From Zygnema circumcarinatum SAG 698-1b (Eukaryota > Plantae > Zygnematophyceae), in NCBI GenBank assembly GCA_037447605.1, contig CM074817.1, positions 1,674,001 through 1,738,000 of the forward strand: 64,000 bases of DNA. Reading direction: 5' to 3'. Positions 45,601 through 58,096 of this stretch are shown one piece after another. A program made the translations under genes and the position numbers. The notes beneath the pieces are model-generated. The model saw only the letters and a program-made list of their open reading frames with translations, was not told the origin of the DNA and searched no databases. Numbering within the stretch: position 1 is the first letter of the stretch; every line of letters begins with the position of its first letter.

Positions 45601-47298
45601 CAAGGAACATCCCTCTGCCTGCAGTCCGAACCAATTCGCCCCAATCACAAACCCTGCCTTGCAGCCTACCGCCTCTGCCTTTCGACACTTTAACAAGTTC
45701 TTCACATAATAATCGAGGTGTCTACGACTAAAATTATTTACTTTTGATAGAGACAAGCTGGTACAACTACAAGAGGCGAAAAGAACTCACCAAAGGAAAG
45801 AGTGAGATGCACCACAGCAGGTGCAGCTTTCGCAGCCGCAATGGCGATGGCATAGCGAGTGAGAGGTTTCCCATCATCGGAAAGACCGGGCTCGGGAGGA
45901 GGGGATGGAAGGAGGTCCGGCAGAGCCTTCAAGAGGTCCATGGACTGCGGAGGAGAGCGGCTGCGGAATGCCACCTCAACCGCTCTGCTCTCTCCCGCAA
46001 CAGCGAGAGGGGAAGCTCGTGACTGCAGCTTCCACTCTGCAGAATTTCAATATGTTTTCCGTTGCGTCAGAATGAATCTGCGTACGCTTTTCTACGCAAA
46101 TTTGCTGCTGCAGATGCTAGCTACAACTTGTCGCTGCTCACATTATGTCAACCGAAAAACTAGCTGGGAGAACATGCAGAACTACCATGAAAACAAGTTT
46201 TTTAAGGCATCACTTCTTCATCAATTGAAAAGTTGACTATGTGGTCAACGGCCTAACAACGGCCTAGTCAGTAAATGTGAGGGTCAAGGGATCAACGCAG
46301 ACACACTGCACCCGGACATTTCTATTCTTAAAGAATATAGTCTTCATATTTACTTTCAAAGTTGAATGGCAATGGTGAAAGAAGCCCAGGGGATCTCTTC
46401 AAGGGTTTTGTTTCTTTCAGCCCAATATTTTTTAAACTCATGCAACTAACTAACATACAAGCTGGACAAATTTCCTCCCAACGGATTGTGTGATGGGTGT
46501 TGCCTTGTTTGGCAAAATGGTAACACTACCAACAAAGTCTTTATAAGGACAACGAGGCTTCTCTGAGTTTGAGTAAAAGTCAAAATTCTTGTTACTATGC
46601 GACAAGACCATGACACATTTCATCTCGAAATTGCTAACTGGATGATTATCTAGAAGAATATTGTCATCAGTCAACATTGTATCTCTTTGCATGAATACCA
46701 TCAACAGACAAAATGGCAGGAGGTTGAAGATGAAACACAAAGTCAGGTTACGACACAGAATTTGGTTACAAAAAGGCACATATGCGCATGTTTGGGAACA
46801 GTAACTGGTTAAATGCACATCAAGACCCCTCTAAAACAGAATCTCACCGTATGCGTACTGGACTGCTAATCCTCCGCACGCCCCTGCGAGCATAGCAAGT
46901 CCAACAACCCTAAGGGAATGCAGGAAACTTCCCATTGAGGGCGTGGAAGGAACCTCGGGACCTGCTTCTGACAGCTGCAATGAAAGGCAGAGTGGGAGAG
47001 AGGGGGGGGGGGGGGGGNNNNNNNNNNTGAGAGGGGAAGAGGGAGGGGAAAAAAAAAAAAAAAAAAGGGGAGGGGAAGGAACACGGACACGACAAGGCAG
47101 AAACAAACGGGAGGGGCAGGAACCGCTGCAGCAGTAGCACGCCAAGGACGTGCAAGCGAGGCCAACCTGTTGGCCGCCGCCTCCGCTATGCAGGCCATGG
47201 CGGGAGGCGCGAGAAAGGTAAGCAGCAGAGAGAGCAGACCTCCTGTCCAGGGCCAACAGGCGCAAGGACGAGGCCGCCTGTTGGCTCCAGCGCGCCAT
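42686..47298 (-). CDS. DEG14: Deg/HtrA serine protease with PDZ domain, mitochondrial DEG14/HtrA2-like, spliced
   Basis: Arg/Ser/Ala-rich presequence [15 protein letters not shown]; triad TNAHVV, TDIAVV, LQTDA|AINQ|GNSGGPL; C-terminal PDZ; stop after EEASPDL at 42686. Confidence 0.88.
47018..47027. other. Assembly gap (10 N) next to a G homopolymer in the first DEG14 intron
   Basis: Run of n characters. Confidence 0.99.
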
Positions 47299-47967
47299 GG
47301 CCGACGAGGAGGAGGAGGGCAGCCGCTGCTTCTGCTCCGGGCATGGGTATGGGCATGGGCATGGGCGTGGGCATTGTCTTTAGTCACGACTCAATAGTCA
47401 TGAGTTCACGAGACAGGAAAATAATCACGACTCGTTAGCCACGACTTGACTTCCGTATAGCTAATTAGCCATGAGCTTCGACGGGAATGTAGTCAAAGTC
47501 ATGTCGTGACTGGCTAGTTAGTCATGAGTTCCAAAGGCCAACGACACAGCAACGGGTAGTGGAAACAACGGGTAGTGTGTTGCATGGAGTACCGTTACAG
47601 TTGTTTTCCCCGTTTAACGGGGCAGGAGGTGTGGGACGTCACGTGTCGTTCAGCCCGTGCATCGCGTGGCCCCCGATGACCGATCGGACGGCGCAGCGCC
47701 GAGTACGGTACCTTCCAACGGCTACAAAAGTGCCGTACGGCTGGCGGCTGGCGCTATTGGCGTCATATAGTGGGGGGAAGGGTCCAATTTTCCTTTCAGT
47801 TGTTCTGAACTTGGCAGACAATGAGGGCATGTTGTTGTGGTCGCTTTGGTTTGAAATTACTTCAGCCCAATTTCATGTTGATGAACTTGGGCTTGGGAGT
47901 TGGAGTTCATGCTATTGTTTTTAAGAATGTTTGTTTCGCTACTGCTAATGGCTGCAACAAGGAAAAC

Positions 47968-48080
47968 ATGCATGCATGCAGGGAGAACCACGAGAAACTG
48001 GCCGCAAAGGACCTAAGGACAAAAGTAAGAAAGTTTAAAGCAGCAAGCTACGCCTAGTCTCAACAACGCCGCCTCAACAA
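47968..48080 (+). repeat. Dispersed short repeat, copy 2 (intergenic, more diverged)
   Basis: GAACCACGAGAAACTGGCCGCAAAGGACCTAAGGACAA...AGTCTCAACAACGC resembles 52178-52245. Confidence 0.7.
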
Positions 48081-48837
48081 GTGGTAATCGATGCATGAGT
48101 TGGGAAATCGTTTTGATGTCTCCAATTCTCTTTGGGAGTTCTCTCACCATCCAACGTGTTGCACAAGTGAGAGGTGAGATGCAAGCGGGTCATGCTCATG
48201 CTCTTGTACGCCATTTACCATTTAAAACTGTGAATACTTCACATATAGCTTGCAGAGAATTGGAGGGAGGAATACAAAGAACACGACGAGTACCAGCAGC
48301 CGATAGCAGAACGAGCCAGTTTCTAGACAAGATAATTATCCGCATGGATTGAAATTTGTTTCTCTTCACCTCACTTTGAGGGACTGTTCATCGAACAAAG
48401 TATTTCACAAGTAGGGAGGGAACCGTGCCTCAAAACTAAACCTTGCTACGACTGAAAGATGTGTAAACGGCCCAACTTGAAGGGCGTCAGGGCTGGGTGA
48501 AAGCCCGAAAGGAGCAGAAGTAAAAGAGCACCTTTCAAGGGGGAACTCATCTAAAAAATAAGGAGAGGTTGAATGAAAGAAAGATCCTACATAATTTAAC
48601 ATATAGAATGCATACTTTTTTGAAACTAAAACGCTATGCCACCCGTCTCTAACTGCCCTCCGCTCACACACGAGTAGACACCGAACAGCCTAAGCCCTTA
48701 TAAGAAACCACTCCCTCAACCCTCCATGGCTTCTTTCGACAAGGCTCAAAAAGCCTCCCCTCCATTTTCACCCACACCACCATTTTCACCATATCACCAT
48801 ACAAGAAGTTCCCTTCCCCCCCTCCAGAAGAACCCCT

Positions 48838-50921
48838 TTACACCGCCATGGCCCGGCCACCAAATGGCGAGAAAACGCAGTCAGAAGAGAGAACATCGCT
48901 GACGATGTAATCCTCCATGCGTCCGTCCAAGAAGCCCTTTCCACTCTCTCCGTCTGCCGAAACTGGACTCAAGGTTTGAACGGTCACTCTCGAAAATTTC
49001 TCCGCCTGCTTCACATGATCGGCTCGGTACGTTTGACCCAGCACGCCATGGATGGCCTCCGAATGCTGCAGCACATGTGTAAGCAGGAATCGTTAGACTG
49101 TTATAAACTTTTCTATTCTTTGAAGCACCGAGGACTATTGCGAGGTTGAGAATTTCAGGGAGTGTTCCCTTACATTGACAGATTTGAAAGAAACGCTGAT
49201 ATGGACATAAGCCTCTTCGGCAGTCTGCAGCATTGGGTTTGCCACACGAAGTCGCAGCTTCATGTCCAACAACCCTTGGACTTTGAGTGTATATATGTCA
49301 ACATCGTACGGTCCCGATTTCTCGTTGCCCTGAAAGCCTAAGCTTACGCCGCCTGCTAGCTCGAGGGTCTCTCCCGCCTATCAGCAGAAAAAAATAAAAT
49401 ACGTTAGCTTTACGTGATGCTCTCTCCCCACCTTACTTTGACAAAGAAAGTAACCCCATTCAAATACAAGAAATCAGAAGAATCCAATCAAAATAGCTTC
49501 ATTCACAAGTTTTAAGATACTGAAGATGGACTAAGGCTCAGCAACTCACCTTCAATTGCGGAAGTGTGGCCCCATCAAGTTCAGCCCTCTCCAAAAATCC
49601 CTCTCCTCTCTCATTCTCCTTCCCCGCACGTGCCACGAACCGCATAGTGTGCACCGCCCCCTCTACCTCCCACATCACTCCCATCTGCCTGATCCACGTC
49701 CTCACAGCCATGCCATTAACAACCTTCATCGCATTCTCTGTGCGATTATCCAAGTACCCAACGAGAGCCATGTTCACTTGCACAGATCGGTCTGCGATTA
49801 AGCAGAAGCTTTTCCCGGGCTCTCCGCTAAAGTCGTACTTTGTGCCGTGGAAGCCGGTGAGATGCGGGTCGTCAACGCATTCCGGAATGCGGCATTTTGC
49901 GCCTGCGGCTGTAATTCCATATCCGGCGGAGGGGCCCACCCACTGCGGGGCAGCCGCATCTTCTCCGTAAAGGAAGCACAAGTTTTCCGCGCACGAGCAC
50001 CCACTGCAGGCAGCCCCCGGTCCTTTGTCATCTCGTGTGATTCCGCTCTCCAGACGAGTTTTAGAGGACGCAAGATGCAGTTCAGTGACAAAATTCGCTT
50101 TTTCCCTTGCTTTTTATGCAAGAATATATTTAATTTGATTTATAATTTTATGTTTTTTTTAATATGATTCGTCAGAGGGCTGGACTTACATTCTGAGAAA
50201 CTGCCAGTATTGGCAGGAATACCAGTACTTGCAGAGGTAGCAGCAGTCGCGGGCGGTCTTTGTGTACACCATTCCAACATCGTCATAAGTGGTGACCTGG
50301 TAGGCATTCAGAAAATTCTTCGGCGCTGTGCCCAAAACCCAGGGTTTGGAAGTTTGGTATCCCAGCTCGCCTGTAGCCAAAGGAACCTGCAACCCACATT
50401 CCATTCAAGAGAAATAGGTAAGAAAAAACACCACATGGCTGCTGCCTACCAAACACGGCGCCCTCCTTCCAAAGTACACCAAACTTAAAATTTTCTCCTA
50501 TTGTATTCTTATTTTAGAGAAGAAATCTAGGAAAAAAGAATCCCGTTTGTCTTTTCTATACCTTCCTCCCTCCCTCCACTCCTACCCTCCTCCTGAAAAT
50601 GCTATTTTTTTCACATTTTTCTTCCAAAACATTCACTTTCTAATAGAATATTTCCACTATTCTCGCCTCTCCTCTTTCCCCTGCAATGTCGCTATCTCAT
50701 CCTATGCAGGCATGCAAAATCCAGGGCGTGACGCGTACCTTCCAATACGAGCGAATGCCACCGGAAACGCAATTCCCAGTGTTGCAGCTCTGGTTGTAGT
50801 CCATGTTAGGATCAAAGGTAGTTATTGTTCCAGTCACAGGCAGCTCCGCCCATCCATGGCCGCCTCCCGCTCCTCCCAACACCAATGCCACCGCCACAAC
50901 CACAGCTAACCTCGAGTCCAT
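48838..50921 (-). CDS. Secreted protein: signal peptide, PAN/Apple-like Cys module, root-cap (LEA-related, VWD-like) domain
   Basis: MDSRLAVVVAVALVLGG signal; TARDCCYLCKYWYSCQYWQF...NLCFLY; DDPHLTGFHGTKYDFSG...FCLIAD..VQVN...RTWIRQMG; IHGVLGQTYR; stop 48838. Confidence 0.8.
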
Positions 50922-52122
50922 TCTCTCTCTTATATCAACTTTCTGTCTCTCCCTGCCTGTCCTTGCTCTCTCTCTGCTCCAACCCAAATTCCCTGAAATC
51001 CCTCAGCAATATCAGCCCCTCTCTGCCTCTCCCTCTGTCTCTGTCTCGGCCCCTGCCTTTGCCTCTCCCTCTCCCTCTCACTCCGCCCTTGCCTTTGCCA
51101 CTTTCACCTCCTCCGCCTCTGCCTCTGCTTCCGCCTCTTCCTCTGCCTCTGTCTCTTTGTCTTCCTCTACCTTCTCCTCTTCCTGAGCTCCCTCTTGGCT
51201 GTGGGAGGACAAGCAGAGGCGGAGGTCGTATATACGCCATGGCGGCCCAACCCTAATCTCCGCCCCCTCCCCCGCCCCCTCCTGCCGAATACGCGGCGCT
51301 CCGGTCCCTCCGCGGCCTCCCCCCCGGGGACGTCAAAGAGACCGCCGGTCCCTGCCCTTTGGGTCTGCCCGCGCAAAACGGTCATCCAAAAAACGTTCTT
51401 TTTGGTACGGGCAGGGCATACGGCCGGACGCGGATTCGTTGGAAAGGCGTCATGTCACGTTACCCGGGGTGCCACGTGGCTAGCTGCCAGGGTCCGTGAA
51501 GGACTCCAGGCGCCGCGTGTCGCCATGCGGAAGCTCGGGCGCAGGGTCGGCCGGGGATTAGAATTCCAACTCAAAAATTCTAAGAGAAAAACAAAAGAAA
51601 CGACACATGTAAAAAACTCCGTATAGTCGTACGGACGTACCAATGTACGGCCGGCTGCTCTATCAGACTATCACTCTATCAGGCCTTCGCCAAAACCATC
51701 GACCGTGTGACCGTACACCTAGTTCAACCTCAACGGTCGTACATCTGTTCTAAAAGAGTTCTAAAACTCTGAAACTTATAGATATTCGAGCGTTCTAATT
51801 CTTGAAATCTAAACTATAAAAGTCCCTTGTACGAACTTATGCCACTCTCAGACCGTTCAAAGTCATCGCACGTGTCATGGACGGTGCGGATCGACCGATC
51901 GCAAGTTTTGACGGTCGTGTGAGACCGTTGGCAGCATGGAATATGTCGTTTCCGGTCGTTAACCTGAAATGGCACCTGCTATTCGCCGTTTAGGTGTACG
52001 GGCAACGGCTTTGGTTGAGTTTGTGACGGGGTGATGTGATGCCGACCGGCTGAGTGGGCCATACATACATGCCGTACATACGTACATACATACATATCGT
52101 GCATACATGGAGAAGGAAAATT

Positions 52123-52250
52123 CATTGAACTTACGATGGCGAGGCCATCAAATGTACATGGACAAAAGCATGATGTGGAACCACGAGGGACTGGTCGCAA
52201 AGGACCTAAGCACAATAGAACGAAGCTAAGAGTCACAACAACGCAGCCCT
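52123..52250 (+). repeat. Dispersed short repeat, copy 3 (longest), between (TACA)n microsatellites
   Basis: Similar to both 41664-41758 and 47968-48080. Confidence 0.8.
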
Positions 52251-52379
52251 AGAAGCAGCTGCGAAGGTCACCGATGTGAGGCATCATCGCGAGCAGGGAG
52301 CGGCGGAAGTCCACCAACACGGTCACCAACAACCGCAGCACGCCGAAGAAACGTAGAAGCGAGGCAACGCTGAAGGGCG

Positions 52380-52495
52380 ACATACATATTGTGCATACAT
52401 ACATACATACATATCGTACATACAGACATACTGTACATACATATCGTAGACATACTTACCGTACATATATACATGCATGCATATATACATACATG
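52380..52495. repeat. (TACA/CATA)n imperfect microsatellite
   Basis: Repeated catacatacat-type units. Confidence 0.85.
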
Positions 52496-53436
52496 ATCGA
52501 CCGACCGCCCGAAAAAGGAAGGAAGGGGGAGGGGGGGAGGCGTGGTAACGACGCCGGAGTCTCTTGGCGCGCACGCAACCCTAAAACCCTAAACAGGATC
52601 GGTTGAAAAACAGGCATCATGATGACGACATAATCAAGCATAAACAAGCTCCTGTCAAAGGCTTCTTCGGAACAGAATCTTTTTGGCTGTCTAGCCGGCA
52701 TAGCCATGGGTTCAGCCATTGAAGGAAAAACATAAGAATGTCTTCAACAGTAACGCTTCACTTGTACAGAAACATGCTTGCTCTCTTGCACCACCTGCCC
52801 CTTCAGTGTCTCCTCCTGCACATACGCTTGCACGGTTGTGCAGTTCCTTACGACGCTTGGCAATGCAGTACAGCATTCGGTTCAAGAACAAAGTTTTAAA
52901 ACGACTCTTCAGGGTGTGACTGTTATTCGAATCGGAAAAAGGAAGTGGCTTTTGTTCAGCATGTGTCCGGGGAAAGGCGACTCATACATATGAAGTATAT
53001 TAAAGCAGACCTTTTTATGTCACCGTTCGATACATATTATTTTTAGGATTATTAGTACATGCATGCGCCGACTATGGTGTAATCTGTACTCATGTTGAGA
53101 AAGCCACTGATCTTCCCATTGCTCTGCCGCATCGAGCAGCAGCGAGTAAGAAAAGCGCGGAACAAAATTATGCGGGAGGGACAATTCCAACCGATCTCCC
53201 AAACAAGGAAAACCACTCATCAGCCATAGGAAACGTGTCAGGGAATCGACTGAAAGGGTCCACCAGTCCTTGCGGCTCGGAGCACTCACAGACAAGGGCT
53301 TTATTTTCTGAAAACTTCCCTCACCCTGAACGCAGTATGAAGCTTTAACGCTTGCTCTGCACACGTTGCTACCTGCACAAGCTCCTTCGGTCTCTGACCC
53401 GCCATCTAATCTACTGCTGTACACTACTTAACAGTT

Positions 53437-56400
53437 TCAGCGCCTTCTGCAAAAAGTATCCTGTAGTCGGATAGCTGCAAACCATAGGGAAATCAGGAGG
53501 ACTTGAAATCAAGAAGGTCCCGATCTCGAGCAACTCAAATGTAAGCTACTGCAGCCACTGTCTTACGCAGTCACCAGGCAGGGGAAATATGGAAAACCCC
53601 AGTACTGTCGTATGTTCCAGAAGGCCTAACCCTAGAAGTTGATCCTTGAAACTCGCCATTTTCTAAATCCCTGTAAGCTCACCTTTACCAGTTGTCGCTT
53701 CACTCCACCTTGACTCAATTGGAGAACAACATGAGTTGGAGTCTACTTGCTTCTGCCATGAAGAAATGGCAGATATTGCTGGAGATGCTGTCCACCATAT
53801 TCTCAGATCATGGTCCATTCCTCCGCTGATCAGCGTTGCTTCTCCCAGCGTTCCCAAACCCACGGCTAATGCAATCACATGCTGCGAATGTACTTTCCAA
53901 CATCTTTCAAGTAAGAAGTTACCCCTTTGCTCTGACCACCACCAAACTTCAATGCCCCTTCCACCAATGTAGAGCGCATCACCGTTTACAGCAATACTGC
54001 GGACATATTGTCCCCCTGACTTTATCGAGGCGAAACAATGACTCCGTTCCTGCCCCTCGGGCTGTGGCAGCAATTGTTTGTGCCTCCAGCTGAACCAAAC
54101 CTTCACCACTCCATCAGCGTCACCACTAAACAAAATTCCACCATAGAAACAGAGCGACAAAACTTCATTTGAATGGCCTTCAAAGATGGCCACCAGAACA
54201 GGTCGATCTGCAACAAAAAACATCGAAAACGTGGGTCAATCATTGCCTCAGCAACCCAGATAAACTCAGATCAAGCATGTTACAGGAGCATAAACTATGC
54301 ATCGTATCGGACTCTGCAGGTCCGAAGACTCTGGAAATCAAGAAAACGTTCATCACAAACGAAACCCCATTACACATTTGACAAGCAACAAAACCACAAT
54401 AAAATGGACGGTACCATTCCTTCGAACAAGTACCTGGCATGTTCTCAAGTTGCAGACAGCGCGGAGAGGAAGGTGCTGACAAGAAGTCTTGGAATGAACG
54501 ATTTCTCGAGTGCTTAGTGAAACCCTTTCCGTAACTACTGCAGTCAACTCCCTCCTCCGTTGTTATGCTTGAACCTGTATTTGATTGGGTTAAAACCGAA
54601 TGCGAACATGCGACTGGTGGGTAATACTGGGCCGTCTGTTTAGGAGCCATGGACGATGGTGGAGAAGTGTTTCGAGGACTGCTGCATGCTGTTCCCAGCG
54701 AATGCCGACGTTGCAATCGGAGGAGCCATACTTTGATTTGTCGATCTGCTGCAGCACTGTACAGGCAATCTCCACCAATGGCCAAAGCGTATACGGGACC
54801 TCTGTGCGCTGACAGAACATGGCAGAGTTTTAAGGCACAGCCGTCAGGCGGCACCGACCACATCATGATGGAGCCATCGGCCATGCCACTGTACAAGTTG
54901 CATCCATTGCTGCTCATTGCCAGGGACCAAACTGCTCCTCGACAGCACTGCATATTTGATATTCGACAAAAGTCCGACAACCTCCATGCCCGGATAGCTC
55001 CGTCTTCAGATCCACTGTACAGAACAGCACCTGCAAAGTTGCAGAGTTCAGCAGAGAAGTCACGTTAGAGAAAGTAAATGACCCAGCAGGAAGAATCATG
55101 CTCGACCCCAAATGCAAGCCTACAGGATTAATACTCGTGTCAGACTTTGCCTGCATGAAAAAACCACCTGAGAGAAACTTACACGCAACGAATAACCAAT
55201 TGACCTGAACACCAAAGGTAAGTCTCCCTGTGCATCCTCGAAGGCCCAGCAGCAGATCCAGGTGATGAAAAAAACTGCAAGCTACTCCAACAAGGTTGCA
55301 GAAGAGAGGGGTCGCTTTTCCATCCTAGTGAGGCATGCGGACATGCAAACATGACTCAAACCAAGCCAACATTCAAAACGAAACAGCATTCACAATCAAG
55401 CCCTGACTGTTTTAATCCTTCTCTGGGAAGTAGCCACTTTGGCCGAATCTGCAATCCGTGCCGGACACTGACGCCCGAGCAGCTGAAGAGGCATCAGCCA
55501 GCTTACTTTAAGGAGGCAAAAGCACCAGCAAACTCCCAAGGGAGAAAGTCAACTATCGTTTACATCTCCCAATTACAACATGCAACCTGTACCCAACCAC
55601 TCAACCCACCATTACATCAAAACAAACATGCATGAACGAGGGTCACGATTCCGCCGTTCCGCCAACAGCTCCTGTCCTGTGCTGCTCCCTCCCATCTCCT
55701 GCTCCTTGCCTTTCCCATCCTACATGTTTCATGCACAGCGTGGACCCGGCCAATAACAAAATTGAAACGCATATCATTACCTGAAACTGCAAGGGAGAGC
55801 ACCGGACCAGTATGTCCTGAGAGAATCGTAAGACAGCGACCAGACGTGGCTGACCACACGCGCACAGTGCCATCATTGCTTCCGCTGAACACAAGGTTGC
55901 AGGCTGTGGCGACCACAGTAATACTGCCACTGTGCCCCACTGCGGTACACATTCTGCACACCAAATCCCCACAAAAAAACGCATCAGACCTCAGCTTCCA
56001 GCCTGCACAAAAGACCACACAATTACACCTGCCTAACAAACAAATCAGTGTTCAGTGTTCTGTTTCAACACGCATCAAGGCTTCAGAAAACGATCATCTA
56101 GAGCCAGATTCCAATGAGCCGCACCTGCCCTTGTCCCACTTTTCGCTAAATCGCTGCTGCTTGGCATGCGCGTCATTTGCACGCCGCGAATGTCCTTCCT
56201 TCACATCTGCCCTTGTGCAAGTACGTCCTCCTCCTCCTCCTCCAATTCTTGCTCCTGCTCCACCTCCCCTCTCCGCAGGCGGCGGACTCAAACACATCCT
56301 CCCCACCCTTACAAGAGCAGCCGCGCCTTCCTTTCGCGCCGCCTCCCTGCTTCCTCCGCGCTTTTCCCTGCCTTGCCGAAACCCTTCCAAACGAACACCC

Positions 56401-56732
56401 CCTCCTCCCCTCCCTCCTCTCCCTCCTCCCTCCTCCCTCTTTCCTCCTTCCTCCTTCCTCCTTCCTCCTTCCTCCTCCTTCCTCCTTCCTCCTCCTTCCT
56501 CCTTCCTCTCCTTCCTCCTTCCCTCCCTCCTGCTGCTGCTGCTCCTGCTCCTGCTGCTACTGGTCCTGCTGCTACTGCTCCTCCCCCTTTCAGGCCTTGT
56601 CCGTGCCCCCGCGCTTGCAGGAAAGCGCCAGCTGTCCTGGCTTTCATACGGCGGCCACGGCATGCGCATGGGCATGGGCATGGGCATGGAGGGGCATGGG
56701 CATGGGAGGCATGGCTGTACGGCGTCGTCCAA
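53437..56732 (-). CDS. WD40-repeat protein, spliced; start uncertain
   Basis: Repeats GHSGSITVV...FSGSNDGTVRVW, GHTGPVLSL...YSGSEDGAIRAW, AHRGPVYAL...SAAADRQIKVW, GHSNEVLSL...SGDADGVVKVW, VHSQHVIAL...SGGMDHDLRIW. Probable last exon AIRLQDTFCRRR*. Confidence 0.82.
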
Positions 56733-57685
56733 CGGGAAGCTTCCAGCACATCCTTTACTTCCAAGCGCACGCTTTCCAGGTGGCTTTTGTCTCAGACCGA
56801 GTCAGGCCGAGCCCAAGCGTGCCAGGGCGCCTCGCGATTGGCTTCCGGCCTCGGCCGGTAAAGGTCGGCGGGGCGGCGGTCCGACGTGGCTCCTCGAGGA
56901 AGAATCGACGGCGAGGGATTGGACATCCAGGCGCGCTCAAACTGTCAGAAGGAATTGAAAAATATCCATTCTTATCTCAAATTTGAGCCGTCGATCCTCA
57001 ATCGGACGACGGATGTCGATCGGTTTTGGTCGGCGCCTGCTCGAAAGGATCGTCCCGGCTCGAAGGTTGAAGGATGAAGCGCCACGTGCCGTGCTGGCAT
57101 TGACCGATGTCAAGTTCTGGACATGTACCAACGCGTGGCGGCCTCGCCTAGAACACGACGAGAAAGGGGCGCGTGGCCGCGGGCGGCTCCGGGCGGCATA
57201 TTTGTCGTCTTCTGCTTGCTGGACGGACCGCTGGCAGGACCCCCCGGGCGGCAGGAGGTCCGAGTGAGTCATCTCTGGGCGGCCAAACTTGTCCCGAGAC
57301 TAAACGACGTCGGCAGCCGGCCGGCCTCCGTTCCGTGTTGTTGGTCCTGGGCTCAAAGTTCAACGTTTCAAATAACTGTAACTGCGTGACCGCTAACTAC
57401 AATCAGATTTTCGCCGTCCCCTCAAACAGCATGCGTGTAATCAAAATTCAAAATTGCGTGCTTCTGTACATCACAAATCCGAACGAGTACTTTGAAATCC
57501 TGACATTACCCTGCAAACAATACTTCTTCTAATATAGAGCCGTTTAAGACGCTAGTTCCATGTATTGTGCCCAACAGCTCTCTATGCTTCTTTAGATCCA
57601 GTTCGACATCCCGTTTGACCCGCACATGTGCACGCCGTACTGTCGATCCACCGCCTCCGGCCTCGCCCCGTGGAGGTGACCCTCC

Positions 57686-57824
57686 GCCACGTGGTGGCCC
57701 TATCTTTGACCCGACGCGAGCCTGCCACGTGGCACCCACGTCCCGAAGGGGCCCTTTTTGAGCCACGTGGCGGCCAAGACGCTTTAGCGGGGCCACGATG
57801 CCGCGGATGATCTCGCCACGTGGC
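57686..57824. promoter_or_regulatory. Cluster of G-boxes (GCCACGTGG) in the divergent WD40/GH5 intergenic region
   Basis: Four GCCACGTGG(C) within ~140 bp, near 57686, 57724, 57762 and 57815. Confidence 0.6.
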
Positions 57825-58096
57825 GCCGCCGGCCCAAGGCGGCGCGCAGCCTCGCTGTTCCCGGTCCCGCTCTCTCCCGCTCCCCCCCATTTCTCCCACT
57901 CTCTCTCGCTCTCTCACTCTCCACCCCCACTCCTTTCTCCCTCTCTCTCCCTCTCTCTCCCCCATAACTCCCACTCTCGCTCTCTCTGTCCCCACCTCCT
58001 CTCTCCTCTCTCCCTCCCTCTTCCCCTCTCTCTCTCTTGCGCGCTCTCCCTCTCTCTGCCTCTCTCTCCCGTGCGCAGGGGTGAAGCCGGGGAGGA

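Noticed and set aside
55762-56986. Long plus-strand ORFs (398, 269 and 231 aa)
   Set aside because: Antisense shadows of the WD40 gene and a stop-poor CT-rich low-complexity tract.
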